The notes beneath the pieces were generated by a model. The model saw only the letters and a list, made by a program, of their open reading frames with translations. It searched no databases and was not told the DNA's origin. Made by a program: the position numbers and the translations under genes. A DNA stretch of 64,000 nucleotides from Vicugna vicugna (Eukaryota): positions 668,176-732,175 of the forward strand of contig MU058449.1 in the NCBI GenBank assembly GCA_013265495.1. The letters are read 5' to 3'. Within the stretch, counting starts at the first letter, position 1, and every line of letters starts with the position of its first letter. Below, piece by piece: positions 51,346 through 63,311 of this stretch.

Positions 51346-52981
51346 ACTGTCTAGGCCATCTAATCTCCAGATGTTTATAGGTTCATCTTCTGCAGTATCC
51401 TTTGACTGACTATCCTTATCCTCCAGCTCCATCACCAGTACTTTACATAATAATCATTAGTTTTGCAGGAACTTAGCAATATTCTCGTAAGTAATTTCCC
51501 TGCCCCAAATTTCAAGTGTTTACAAACTTTCTCCATATTGATAACAAAGTGATCTCTCAAAAATACATCTTCATGTCACTCCTCACATAGAGCTCTTCAT
51601 TGCCTCCAGCATGAAGTCAAAACTCTATCTCTTTATCATAGCAGTCAAGGATCTTCCCAACCTACTTTAACAGCCACCAGTCCTCTTTCCTGCCCCAGGA
51701 ACCTTTTGACATAGTCAACCTTGGCTTTTTCTATTTCACCAAACTACCAAAAACAGCAAGTTCTTTCAAATTGCTGTGCTTTGCTTAATTCATGTACCTT
51801 CTACTCTTTGAATTAGCCTAAATCTTTAGACTCATTATTTGCTCCATTTATAAATTGAACATTTCATTTATTTACATTTAAACATTAAATGGTTACACTA
51901 GAAGACATTTGGTGGCAACACCTTCTCCAAATCAAGTCAGAAGAAATTACTCCTTCTAGAGTCACATCCGTTTTTATTTAAACATCTAGAACCGTGGTTA
52001 TTCCATTGTGAGTTATTTGAAAATATGTCTCTTCAACTGAAATAACTGACTGGAAGGTGAATCATTTCTTATTCATCATTATATTACCAATACTGGATTG
52101 TGCAGTGTGGGAAGGAAATATATATTTCTTGATATAAATTAAATCCAAGAGTTGTAAACTGACAATGGAAACTCACTGAACCTCCTTCATTCCCACAAAA
52201 TGACTGGTGTGTGTGTGCAGGCACGTGTGCACATGCACATTGGGTGTTTTCAGTGGAAGACTGTGTCCTGGTACTGTAGAGTAAACTTTTATGTGCCCCC
52301 TTCCACTTGTTGGTGGTAATTCACTCCTTATATGAAGGTAATAGTCCAGCCCCATTGTCAGAGCATGCTGCAGGTTCTGTGCTAGACTACCTTGGCTTAT
52401 CTCTCTCCTCTGACTACAAAAAGTTGTTAATATGGTTGTTGGGTCAGGCAAACCTAGGTTTGTTTAAATGCTGACTCTGCCCGAAACTAAATTAAGTTTT
52501 CCAAATGAGCATTTTACATTAGAGTCTGCTTCTGTGAAATTGGTAGCTTACCAATAGCATTAATTTGTAAGGATTAAGTGAGATAGCATTTGCAAAGCAT
52601 TTAATCTGCTGACTAGTACTTGGGAGATATTTAATGACGGTAGATGAGGATGAGGGTGATGCTGGTAGTGAATGGTGATAGTAGTGCCAGATGGACTTAG
52701 ACATGGTTTTGAAATGTGGCACAGCTAACCAGAAAACTCACAATCAACCAGAAAACTCGCATGCTAACAAATCATTCTAAGCAGCAAGACATATGGTCCA
52801 TGGATCAATTGAACACCATCAGTCAGAATATTATGTCCCTAGTAATACAGATTTCAGGAATGAGCTCACCACAACTTTCTCTAGGCATCCTGAAAGCTTT
52901 TTGCAGTTAATAAAATATTCCTCATCCTTAAAGAAACCAGTGTGTGTAAAGTCTGATATTCTCCCTGAATGCAGTAGTTTT

Positions 52982-53175
52982 ACTTACAAAGTATGGAGGT
53001 GTGTTCTTTTCCTCCCATTTGCCAGGAAAGGGCCTGGGGAGCTGGGAGGTTTACCGCTCAGGGGTAGGTTGCCTGTATAAGGAGCTGTGATGCAGGCTGT
53101 GTGCAATTTGTTAATCAGGAAACTCCTGGTGGACTTTCTTGCGTCCCCCAGGGTATAAAGTTTCCCAAGGGTTCA
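52982..53175 (-). promoter_or_regulatory. Putative promoter and non-coding exon for the 48155-49105 OR
   Basis: Paired O/E-like sites TCCCCCAGGG 53144-53153 and TCCCAAGGGT 53163-53172, TAATCA at 53112, minus-strand TTATACA at about 53074-53080, and minus donor TTT|GTAAGT (GT at 52987-52986). Confidence 0.5.
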
Positions 53176-54329
53176 TTCTACTTCAGAGCTTCCTTTCCTT
53201 TCTATTTTATTACAATTACTTTTGTCATTTACATGCAAGGACTGGTATTATAGTTCTTTGACCTTGTATCCTGGTTAAAGTTTGTTAAAAGTGAATTTGA
53301 GGGTAAAAATTCCAGAGAAAAACCACCTGCTATATGCCTGAGCTCACTCCCGATCCCTACACCATCCCTGTACCCAGCCGATAAACATATCAGCCTCCAA
53401 CATCACATGGCTGAATTTTGTACATTTTTAATACAACATCCCATTTCTTTTTTAAAAAACATCACTAATTCTTTCATAAAACACGTTAAGTACCTGTCAC
53501 ATTCTAGAGTGTTCCACCAGGAATGCAGACTAGAACAGTCACTTCCCTCTAAATGCTCAAAGCCCAGAGAAGAAACAGACATAAAACTTGATGATCACAG
53601 CAGGACATGTTTATGGTGAGTGCATCGAAGAGAAGTATTTATCATGCAGGAAGGTCAGCACCAAGTTTGTCAGGAGACAAGGAAGAACAGAGTCTGGGAA
53701 AAACAAAAGTGACTAATAACATATTCAGCATGCCTGGACCCCTGGGTGCAAATCAGAGTGCAAGTGGCCAGTGAAACTAAACCGGGAGGCAGGATCCATG
53801 TTGCAAAAGATCTTACAGGCATTCTAAAACATTTGAGTCTAAATAATGTAATAGAAATTGCTTAGTATGAAATTTAATCTTTCTCTTTCCTAGAAAAACA
53901 CATTTCTACATATTCTCGTGAAGCAACTGAAGCATTCAGGCTTTGTATTTGAGGCTCCTTAATATACTGCAGTTCCCTTCGTGGTGCAGTATCAACTGAA
54001 TGATAAGAATATAGTGATTTCCTTCTAAGCCACAATATCTGTTATACAGAAATACAAGTTTAGGAAACATTCTTAAACAGAACCTCAACGAGCTCATATA
54101 ATCTCAGCCAAACACTTCATCACTTACTCTTCCAAATTCTGCCTCAGATTAACCATGCGATTATTTTCAGCATTGACTCCATTTTTTTTTCATATTTCAT
54201 CAAATTTATTGTATGATTCATCATTCATTTACATATCACTAGAATAAAAGACCCTCACAGCCAATTAAGCTAACATGCCATTGATTATAAGAAGTATATA
54301 ATTGTACAGCTTAGAACTGAGGAAATACA

Positions 54330-54804
54330 TGTCATGGGACAAGACGGGCCAGTGTCACGGGCAGAAAAAGGATTTACCAGAGACAGAGGAAAGTGGAAGG
54401 AAAAGTTTATTAGGGGTACACTGCCACAGATAGCAGCAGGCCACACAGACGAGAGGTGCCCATGTGAGCACCGAGGGTAGGTCGTTGAGGTCTTTTATTA
54501 TGGGTAAGGCATTGGTGAACACACGGGGTTGGGGGCTGCGTGCATGCACAATTCTCTGGTTGTAGGTGAGGCAAGAAATTTAGGGTCTATGAAGGGCTGG
54601 TGGAGTTTATGACTCTCATAAGGTGGGCCGAAACAAACCAGCCTGAGCTATTGTGAGATTAGGCATTACCTAGGGCTGTTAGTTTGTTAGGGCAGACATG
54701 CCCAGTAAAGAATGTTCTTTATCTGTTGAGGAGTTGCAGGCAGACATATGAGAGCCCAGGAATGGGGGTCATTGGACTTTGAAGGTTGCCAGTTGGCCCC
54801 ACGA
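54330..54804 (-). mobile_element. Solo ERV LTR (ERV1-like), about 475 bp
   Basis: Minus strand has a TATA-like ataataaaag, then AATAAA (tttatt 54407) and a U5 ending ...cccatgaca; ATACA direct repeats at 54325-54329 and 54804-54808. Confidence 0.75.
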
Positions 54805-55039
54805 TACATAAGTAGTACATAACTTCTACGGTTCTTTTAAAGATTAGATGAATTAATATAAATCATATTAACAAACGAATAATGTAAAAGAATAGTTAAA
54901 AATTACTTGAGTCACCACATCCTGTATTATTTTGGCTCTTTTACATATTCCAATAGCATTTGCAAAGTTAGCCAAAATCTTTAATGCATTTTCATTAAAA
55001 TTACAAGTCAATAGTCAGTTACTAGGTTAAACATTTTAT

Positions 55040-55325
55040 CTTTTTTTTATTATATATAGTCAGTTTACAACATTGTGTTAGTTTCTAGTGTACAGCATAG
55101 TGGTTCATTTATACATGCATATATATATGTATATTAGTTTTCCTATTCTTTTTCATTATAGGCTAGTACAAGTCATTGAATATAGTTCCCTGTGCTATAC
55201 AATAGGTACCTTGTTGTTTATCTATTTTTTTATATAGTAGTATCTGCAAATCCCAAACTCTCAGTTTATCCCTCCATCCCTCTCCTTCCCCCCAGTAACC
55301 AGAAGTTTGTTTTCTATATCTGTGT
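55040..55325 (-). mobile_element. Lineage-specific L1 3' end
   Basis: tatagtcagtttacaacattgtgttagtttctagtgtacagcatag...gaatatagttccctgtgctatacaatagg. Confidence 0.8.
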
Positions 55326-56290
55326 GGCTCAGACAGTCTTGAACAAGCATTGTTTCCTAGGGTCTATAAATAAAAGCAAAAGCTGTAAAAATGTACAGAC
55401 CACTCTATTTGATGATGTTGAATTCGCAGAAAAACATAGCTCATAGAAAAGTGAAAGGTATTGCCTGAAAGAATAAAAGGAAAAAAAAGTATACTTATGT
55501 AGTTTTCTGTGAATCGTTGTCATTTTATAAAGAAAAGTAATATACTTTAAAATGGATTGTGCTGATGTATGCATGACTATATTATATAAAATTATATGTA
55601 ATTCATACTTCTTGAGTCACTCACCATTCTTATTACAGCATAAGTTAATGGTGTAGCTTTCATGAGAGCATTCTTTTAACACATTTATTTTAAAACACAC
55701 TAAAAAACATGGTTGCCCTACCTTTAAATTCTCCATTTTTGAAATTTTACTGAGCATTTATGAAATTTGAATCATTGTATTTGTGTTTTTATTGCTTAGA
55801 CTTGAATGTGCATTATGTCCCTTCTGTTAAATAGTAAATTTCTGGAAGCTAATTGTTCTCATCGTGCCAAGAGTTTCCTAGGTTGGTGATTTTCCCTCTA
55901 TTTCATGCTCTTCCTATAGAAAGAGACAACTAACTATGACTCCTCTTAGTATCTGGTACAATGACATGTATACAGTATCATGCATAAGAAACAGCTGTTT
56001 GAAACTTTATTTCAATTTAGGTATGTATAGTCAGATAGTTATTCCTTGAGAATGGAGACCATGTCTTCCTTCTTCACTGTTTCACTCTAAGTACTTCCCA
56101 TAGTGTTTGCCAAAATGAAGGTGTTCCAAATATATTAGAATATGTACAAAGTTATACAAAAATAAATTTAATTCAATAAGATATATTAAGTTAGCCGTTA
56201 TTAACAAAGCACTGTGATTGGGTCTGTGCAAGATATATCAGTCCGCAAAGGATAATGCCTGTTTTCAAAAAGTTTCAAATCAGGCATAAC

Positions 56291-58530
56291 CAAGATGGAG
56301 GAATAGGAAGACCCTGAGCTCACCTCCTCCTCCAGGCACAGCAAAATTACAATTTACAGAGTAACTATCAATGAGAACCACCTGAATACTTGCAGACAAG
56401 ATCTTCTACAACTAAAGATATCAAGAAGGAACCACAGAAGTGTGGGAGTGCTGGGGGCGTGGTATAGTTAAGACCCACACCCCTAGTGGGTGACCCACAG
56501 ATGGGAGGATAAGTACAGATGCAGAGGTTCTCCCAAGGAGCATGGGGTCTGAGCCCCAGATCAGGGTCCTGTGCTGGGAAGATGAGCCCCCAAAACATTT
56601 GGCTTTGAAGGCCAGCGGGGCTTAATCAAAACAGTATGGTATGGCACAAAACAGACACATAGATCAATGGAACATAATAAAGAGCCCAGAAATGAATCCA
56701 CACTTACATGGGTATTTAATCTATGACAAAGGAGGCAGGAATTTACAATGAGGAAAACACTATTTTCAGTAAGCAGTGCTGAGAAAATTGGGCAGTTACA
56801 TGTAAAAGAATCAAGTTGGACTACTTTCTTACTCTTTATAAAAAAAATAAATTCACAATGAATTAAAGACTTAAATGTGAGACCTGGAACCATTTCATTT
56901 CTACACAAATTATAGGCAGTACACTCTTTGGCATTAGTCTTAGCAATATTTTTTTGGATATGGCTCCTCAGGCAAGGGAAATATAAGAAAAAATAAACAA
57001 CTGGTACCACATCAAATTAAAAGCTTTTGCACAGTGAGGAAACCTACCAATACAAAAAAGGCTTCCTACTGAATGATAGAGGATATTTGCAAACAATATA
57101 TTCCACAAGGGGTTAATATCCAAAATATACATACAGTTTATACAACTCAACATCAAAAAACAAACAACCCAATTAAAAAATGGGCTGAGGTCCTGTACAG
57201 ATATTTTCCCAAAGAAGACACACAGGCCAATAGGCACATGCAGAGATGCGCAACATGTCTAATCATCAGGGAAATGCAAATCAAACCCACAATGAAATAT
57301 CACCTTAGACGTGTCAGAATGGCTATTATCAAAAAGACAAGAACTAGCAAGTGTTGGAGAGAATGTGGAGAAAAGGGAACCCTTATGTAATGGTGGAAAT
57401 GTAAATTGGTGCAGCCATTATAGAAAACAATATAGAGATTAATCCAATACGGTGAAAATAGAACTGTCATATGATCCAGCAATTCCACTCCTGGGTATTT
57501 ATCCAGAGAAAACAAAAACACTAATTTGAAAAGCTACATGCACCCCTATGTTCATTGCAACATTATTTATGATAGCCAAGATGTGGAAGCAACCAAAGTG
57601 CCCATTAATATTTGAGTGGATAAAGAAGATGTGATACATATATAATTGAATATTACTCAGCCATAAAAAAGGGTTAAGTCTTGCCATTTGCCACACATGG
57701 AAGCACCTAGAGAGCATTATGTTAAGTGAAATAAGTCAGACAGAGAAAGATAAATACAGTATGATTTCATTTATATGTAGAATCTAAAAAACAAAGCAAA
57801 TGAACAAACATAATGAAACAGAAACAGAGTCATAGATAAAGAGAACAAACAGGTGGCTGCCAGAGGGAGGTGGCTCAGGGGTTTAGAGGAGGAGAGAAAT
57901 AGATGAAGGAGACTAAGAAATAGGTGAGGGAGATTTCAGATACAAAATAAATGAGTCACAGGTATGAAATGTACATTGTAGGGAAACGTACAGTGTAGTC
58001 AATAATTATGTTATATCTTTGTGTGGTGACAGATGGTAACTAGACTTATCATGGTGATTGTTTTGAAATTTATAAAACTATCAAATCACTGTGCTGTGTA
58101 ACAGGAACTAACATAACGTTGTAGGTAATTATACTTCAAAAACAAATAGTCCCATAGAAAAAGAGATCAGATTTGTGGTCACCAGATGCAGGGATGGGGG
58201 AAGAGGGGATTGGATGAAGGTAGTTAAAAGTACAAATTTCCAATTATAAGATAAATAAGTATGAGGGATGTAATGTACAACATGATAAATACAATTAACA
58301 CTGCTGTATGTCATCTATGAAAGTTGTTAAGAGAGTAAATCCTGAGTTCTCATCCCAAGGGAAAATATTTTTTCTATTTCTTTAATGTGTCTATATGAGA
58401 TAATATTTATTACTAAACTTACTGCGGTAATAATCATCTCATGATGTATATATGTTATATTATTATGATGTGAACTTTAAACTTATACAGTGCTGCACAT
58501 CAATTATTTCTCTGTAACCTGGAAGAAAAA
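56291..58530 (+). mobile_element. Internally deleted L1: 5'UTR start fused to ORF2 C-terminal region and a long 3'UTR
   Basis: caagatggaggaataggaagaccctgagctcacctcctcc...ggctttgaaggccagcggggct joined at about 56623 to taatcaaaacagtatggt (ORF2 VIKTVW); 3'UTR 57785-58530. Confidence 0.85.
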
Positions 58531-58770
58531 TAATGTAGTATCAAATTAATCAGGGAAAAGAAGCCTGACTATAAAAAAGATTTCTTAATGGTACCTGGAA
58601 GAAAGAGAAAGAGCAATACCAGCAAAAAACAATAACATAAAAATATTTTTTAAAAACTTAAAATAAATAAAAGCAGGTGGCTATTTCAGTCAGAGACTGA
58701 ATGAAATGACTGAAGTCTATGGACAAGATAGATATTTATGGTGTTATTCAGAAGTGAAAACATCTTACAA

Positions 58771-58948
58771 GAGTGGTACTCTAATATGCATGATAACCTA
58801 TAGGTAGCTTGTTAAAATGCAGATTCTTGTGCTCCATCTGAAAAGTTTCTGCTTAAGTAGTTCTAGGGTGGAGTTGAAGAACCTGCACTTTAAAAAAGAA
58901 TTTCAAGTGGTTCTGATGCCCTGGTGCTGGACCACACTGAGAACAGTG
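58771..58948. mobile_element. MER5A-like hAT-Charlie MITE
   Basis: gagtggtactctaa...gcttgttaaaatgcagattctt...ttctgatgccctggtgctggaccacactgagaacagtg. Confidence 0.8.
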
Positions 58949-59607
58949 AAGGATGCCAGTGGGTGTCATAAATGTATCCAGTTGGTAGTATGAAGACAGA
59001 TTGTGAGGACCCACAGGAATGAAGAGCCTGGGAGATGATAAACAAAAAAGTTGTGGTTTCATGAAGTTGTTAAATGGGAAATGATAATTTTATTATCTGC
59101 AGTTAAAAAGCAACAACAAAAACTTCATTATTGAGCATTTTTAAAGTATAAGAAAGTTTTTTTAAAGTGTAAATAAACTAATATTCAACTATCAGCATAT
59201 AAGTAATTTTGACATTTGGAACATGTCTTTCCATACCTTTGTAACATATATGTTATGAGTATATACTCATGCCCTTGTGTATATTGATCATGAAATATAC
59301 ATACAACAGTGATAAAAGTACATTGAAGACTAATCTATCTTTTAATATATCATTCATATCTATATCAGTCTTTAGCTTGTTGCATGATAGTTCATATCTT
59401 ATTTATCAATATTCTGAAGTAAATGTTTAAGTACTTTCCAAATTATCATTGCAGTATATAATGATGTGTTAATACCACATCATTGCATTCTTGCCCACTT
59501 TCCCCTAGTACACACATACTTAGAAAATGAATCACTAGACATTAGATCCTTAAATATCAATACATCTACCAAAGGGTCTGATGAACTTTAAAATTTATAA
59601 AGTATCC

Positions 59608-59840
59608 TTTTTTATATATTTTTATTGACGTATAGTCAGTTTACAATGTTGTGTCAATTTCTGCTGTACAGCACAATACTTCAATCATATAGGAACATAC
59701 ATTTATTTGTTTTCGTATTCTTTTTCACCATGAGTTACTACAAGATATTGAATATAGTTCCCTGTGCTATACAGTATAAACTTGTTTATCTACTTTATGT
59801 ATATTAGCTAGTATCTGCAAATCTTGAACTCCCAATTAAT
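59608..59840 (-). mobile_element. Lineage-specific (camelid-type) L1 3' end
   Basis: ttttattgacgtatagtcagtttacaatgttgtgtcaatttctgctgtacagcacaat...gaatatagttccctgtgctatacagtataaacttg. Confidence 0.8.
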
Positions 59841-60301
59841 TCACATTTCTTCTTGCTTAGTGTTGTCCATGTTCCTGAGTCATGAATAATCTATTTTGGG
59901 GAATAGCGATCATTACCAATATCTGTAAGAATTACTAAAACCTAGACTTTCCTACTGATCTAAATTATATCAAACATACCTTGATAGCTACATACCCTAG
60001 AGGTGGTGAGACTATTTGGACTCCAATTTATGAATTATTTGTCCACTTTGCAGACATGTTTTAACCACGGTCCTGGTCTGTGCCAGATACAGTATTCTGA
60101 TAGGGTTATAGGTACACAAGACATAGTCCCTGTTCTCAAAAAATTCAGTCTAGAACTCTGTAAATAGTAAGTTACTGGATCATCAGAAGAATGAAAGCAT
60201 GTATAGACAGACTTTTTCTGCATATAGTGGTAACTCACATTAGTGAATGATCAAACGTCAGTCAGAGAAGACAATGTAAAAAAAATACACTGAAAAATGT
60301 C

Positions 60302-61246
60302 CTAAGTTAGCTTAGAATGGAATATTTTGAGCATGGTATTATGAATTTTCTTTGTCTTCACACTGTAGATTATGGGATTCATTACAGGAGGGATGAGAAG
60401 ATAAACATTGGCAATGAGAGTATGCACAAGGGGAGGGGCATTCTTCCCAAATCTGTGCACCAGTGACAAGCTGATCATGGGGATGTAGAAGATGGCAACA
60501 GCACTTATGTGTGAGACACAGGTACCAAAGGCCTTTTTCCGCTCTTCTGGGGAGGCAATGCTGAGCACAGCATGGATGATCAGAACATAGGAGAGGAGAA
60601 TCAAGACGGCGTCCAAGGCAGCAGTAGAGATGACAATGGCCAGACCAAATGCACTGTTGATCTTGGTGTCTGTGCATGAAAGCTTCATCACATCAGGGTG
60701 GAAACAGTATGAATGGTGCAGAACATGACTTCGGCAGAAGGACAGACGCTTAAGGAGCAGGAGTAAAGGCACAAGAGCTACTGTCCCCCTAATAACGACT
60801 GCAAAGCCCACTTTGATGATCCTTGAATTGGTTAAGATTGTGGCATATCTTAGTGGGTTACAGATGGCAATGAAGCGGTCAAAGGCCATTGCCAGGAGCA
60901 CTGAGGACTCCATGAATGTGAAACCATGGATAAAGAACATTTGACCAATGCAGGCATCAAAGCTGATTTCTCGAGCATTGAACCAGAAAATACCCACCAT
61001 AGTGACCAATGTGGAAAGGCACAGCCCTAGGTCCGTGAAGGACAGCATGGAAAGGAAATAGTACATGGGTTCATGAAGGCTCGACTCAGTGATGATGACA
61101 AACAAAATCATGCCATTCCCTGAGATGGCAGTGGCATAGAGACAACAGAATGGGATGAAGATCCAGGCATGGTAAGTTTCAAAACCAGGGATGCCAGTAA
61201 GAAAGAAGACTGCAGGGTAGAAAATGCTCTGGTTGAAGGATGGCAT
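60302..61246 (-). CDS. OR51F5: Olfactory receptor OR51F5 orthologue (mouse Olfr561-like), 314 aa, intact
   Basis: MPSFNQS, LHEPMYYFLSMLSFTDLGLCLSTLVT, ACIGQMFFIHGFTFMESS, MAFDRFIAICNPLRY, FGLAIVISTA, KAFGTCVSH, HRFG, PPVMNPIIYSVKTK; strong acceptor ttttttgtAG at 61292-61291. Confidence 0.9.
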   Translation of the reverse strand: MPSFNQSIFYPAVFFLTGIPGFETYHAWIFIPFCCLYATAISGNGMILFVIITESSLHEPMYYFLSMLSFTDLGLCLSTLVTMVGIFWFNAREISFDACIGQMFFIHGFTFMESSVLLAMAFDRFIAICNPLRYATILTNSRIIKVGFAVVIRGTVALVPLLLLLKRLSFCRSHVLHHSYCFHPDVMKLSCTDTKINSAFGLAIVISTAALDAVLILLSYVLIIHAVLSIASPEERKKAFGTCVSHISAVAIFYIPMISLSLVHRFGKNAPPLVHTLIANVYLLIPPVMNPIIYSVKTKKIHNTMLKIFHSKLT

Positions 61247-62744
61247 GATGAGTGAAGGAAGTAGATGTCCCTAAGGAAGAGGAGTACTTCCTACAAAAAA
61301 TAGGGAGGAAATGTTTTCACTCTCTTCTACATACACAGTTTAGGATCACTAGTGAACCTTGTCCTGGTCTTCAGTGGAAGTGCATACCTAGTTATTCCTT
61401 TCTTAGATTTGGAGTTAATCTTGAAAGAACTAGAACTAGGGGAAGAGACAGAGCACTAAGATGTATGAGGACACCTGGGTTTCAGTAAGTCCCACTTGTT
61501 ATCTCTAGGCTTCAGTATGTATTCATATACATTCATAAAAGAGGAGGTTAGATTAGAGAATGCTAAGTTATGTCCCACTTCTGTGATTCTAGGGTCATGG
61601 GCAGGTAGGGCATTTCTGCACAAATCTAGGACAACACAGTTCACCCTGCTCTTCACTTCTCACTTTCCAAGGCAAAAACCCTAAAGAGGTCCATAAGAGT
61701 TATAAGTCCTTGCATACCAATGAAAATAGTATACTGAGATACTAATAAATATTTTACAGGAAAAAAACTGCTGTTTGAATTAAATATGCAAAAGCTCTTG
61801 ATAAAAATGAAATACTAGGAAAGAACCGATTCAATCTTTGCAAATAGACTACAGTAGGTGATAGTTGGTAAAGCGTTTATTGAAGTAGCAGCTTAAACCT
61901 GATATGTTTAAGCGGAATTCTCCCTGAAGAAGCAGAGCTTAAGTCAACTTAGTAAGAACAAAGGAATTCACTGCAAGCTAAAAGATAACTGGACCAGAAT
62001 TATCTGAGTAAGATTCTTAATATTCAAAATATTCAAATATACAAAAGGACATTGAAAATGAATTCAGGGGTTTGGAGGTGGGGGTGTGGTCCCTCGAAAG
62101 GCCTCACTGAGGCTGGATGCATCTCCAGTCAGACAGAGGATATGACTGAACAATCTGTTCCAGGATATCAGCATGTACTCACCCAGACCAAGGAATCTGT
62201 AGGATCAAAGAAGTTCCTCTATATTAGTTTTTGCCCTAAGTTTTCTAACACCCAATTTTTAACTATAGAAAGAATGCTTGGTTTTTAAAGTATGTGCATA
62301 TCCTCTTTCTCTCATTCATGCATGCATTGTTTCAATAAATACGTAAAAAAAAAAAAAACAGACAAAATGCCTGTGTGCCATGAACAGAGTTAGAATTAGA
62401 CCTAGTATTCCAAGAAGGCCTGTACATGACTCAGGGAAAAAAATATCTAAGTGTAGGTTTAATTTGGTGAGTTTCATTCCAGCTCCTGAGTGAACAGGAA
62501 GTGGGTTCAACTTGAGTGGAAATAATTGGTTACAGGGCGTGTGATGAAGAGGGCATTTGAGAAGAGAAAAATGTTCAATGTAGGAAACCTCTTGAGGACT
62601 TACTTTAAAAAAAATTAATGGCTAGAAATTTTGAATTGAGAGGAAATGCATAACAAAATAAAACCCATGGGTTTGATCCAGCTCTTGGACCTCAGAAGAC
62701 AAGCCTTACTTTTTCACCTGGGACTTGCAGGAATTGAAATATGT

Positions 62745-62955
62745 ACTTACCTTTGCATTCCCAACAAAGGAAGGCTTGAGAGTTGTCAAACTGATACCTG
62801 GGTTGAAGTCACAGGAGTGGTTAAAAAATATATATATATATATATATATTTTTTTAATAATCAAATTTAGAAATCAAATCTAAAAGACCAGAGTAGCACC
62901 TCCTAATGAGACTGCAGAGACACGGCCACTAAGGTGCACATGACCCCCAGGAACA
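62745..62955 (-). promoter_or_regulatory. Putative OR51F5 promoter and non-coding exon 1
   Basis: Consensus donor AAG|GTAAGT (GT 62750-62749), Inr-like TCAGTTT (62794-62788), TA run 62829-62848, TAATGA 62904-62909, O/E-like CCCCCAGGA 62944-62952. Confidence 0.55.
62821..62857. repeat. (TA)10 microsatellite inside a near-perfect palindrome TT-A6-(TA)10-T7-AA
   Basis: Read directly from the sequence. Confidence 0.9.
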
Positions 62956-63311
62956 TGCAAGGACCTCATCAGTTTTTCTCAGACCTTTCATCTCAGAGCC
63001 AGGAAAAATGCCTGGCACAACAGGTACTTAGAGTGTCTAAGAGTACAAATGAATGAATTGCATCTAATAAGTGTGATAGACCCTAGACACTTAGTATCAG
63101 GCATATATTGTGGTTCCTGATACATGGCCCCTTCAAATTGGAAGTAAAGTTCATGTAACCATATTGTTATATTTTAATACAGGAGATAAACTAACAATTT
63201 TCTGATTAATCTGGTGTTTATCTTTGATACTTGGACTTTGCTCAAACTTAGATCTGGTGATAAAAAACAAATTTTTCTGGATAAAGTTGTAAGGACATTT
63301 AAATCATAAAC

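Noticed and set aside
56265..58555. TSD around the internally deleted L1 (agtttcaaatcagg versus agtatcaaattaatcagg)
   Set aside because: The similarity is too degenerate to call.
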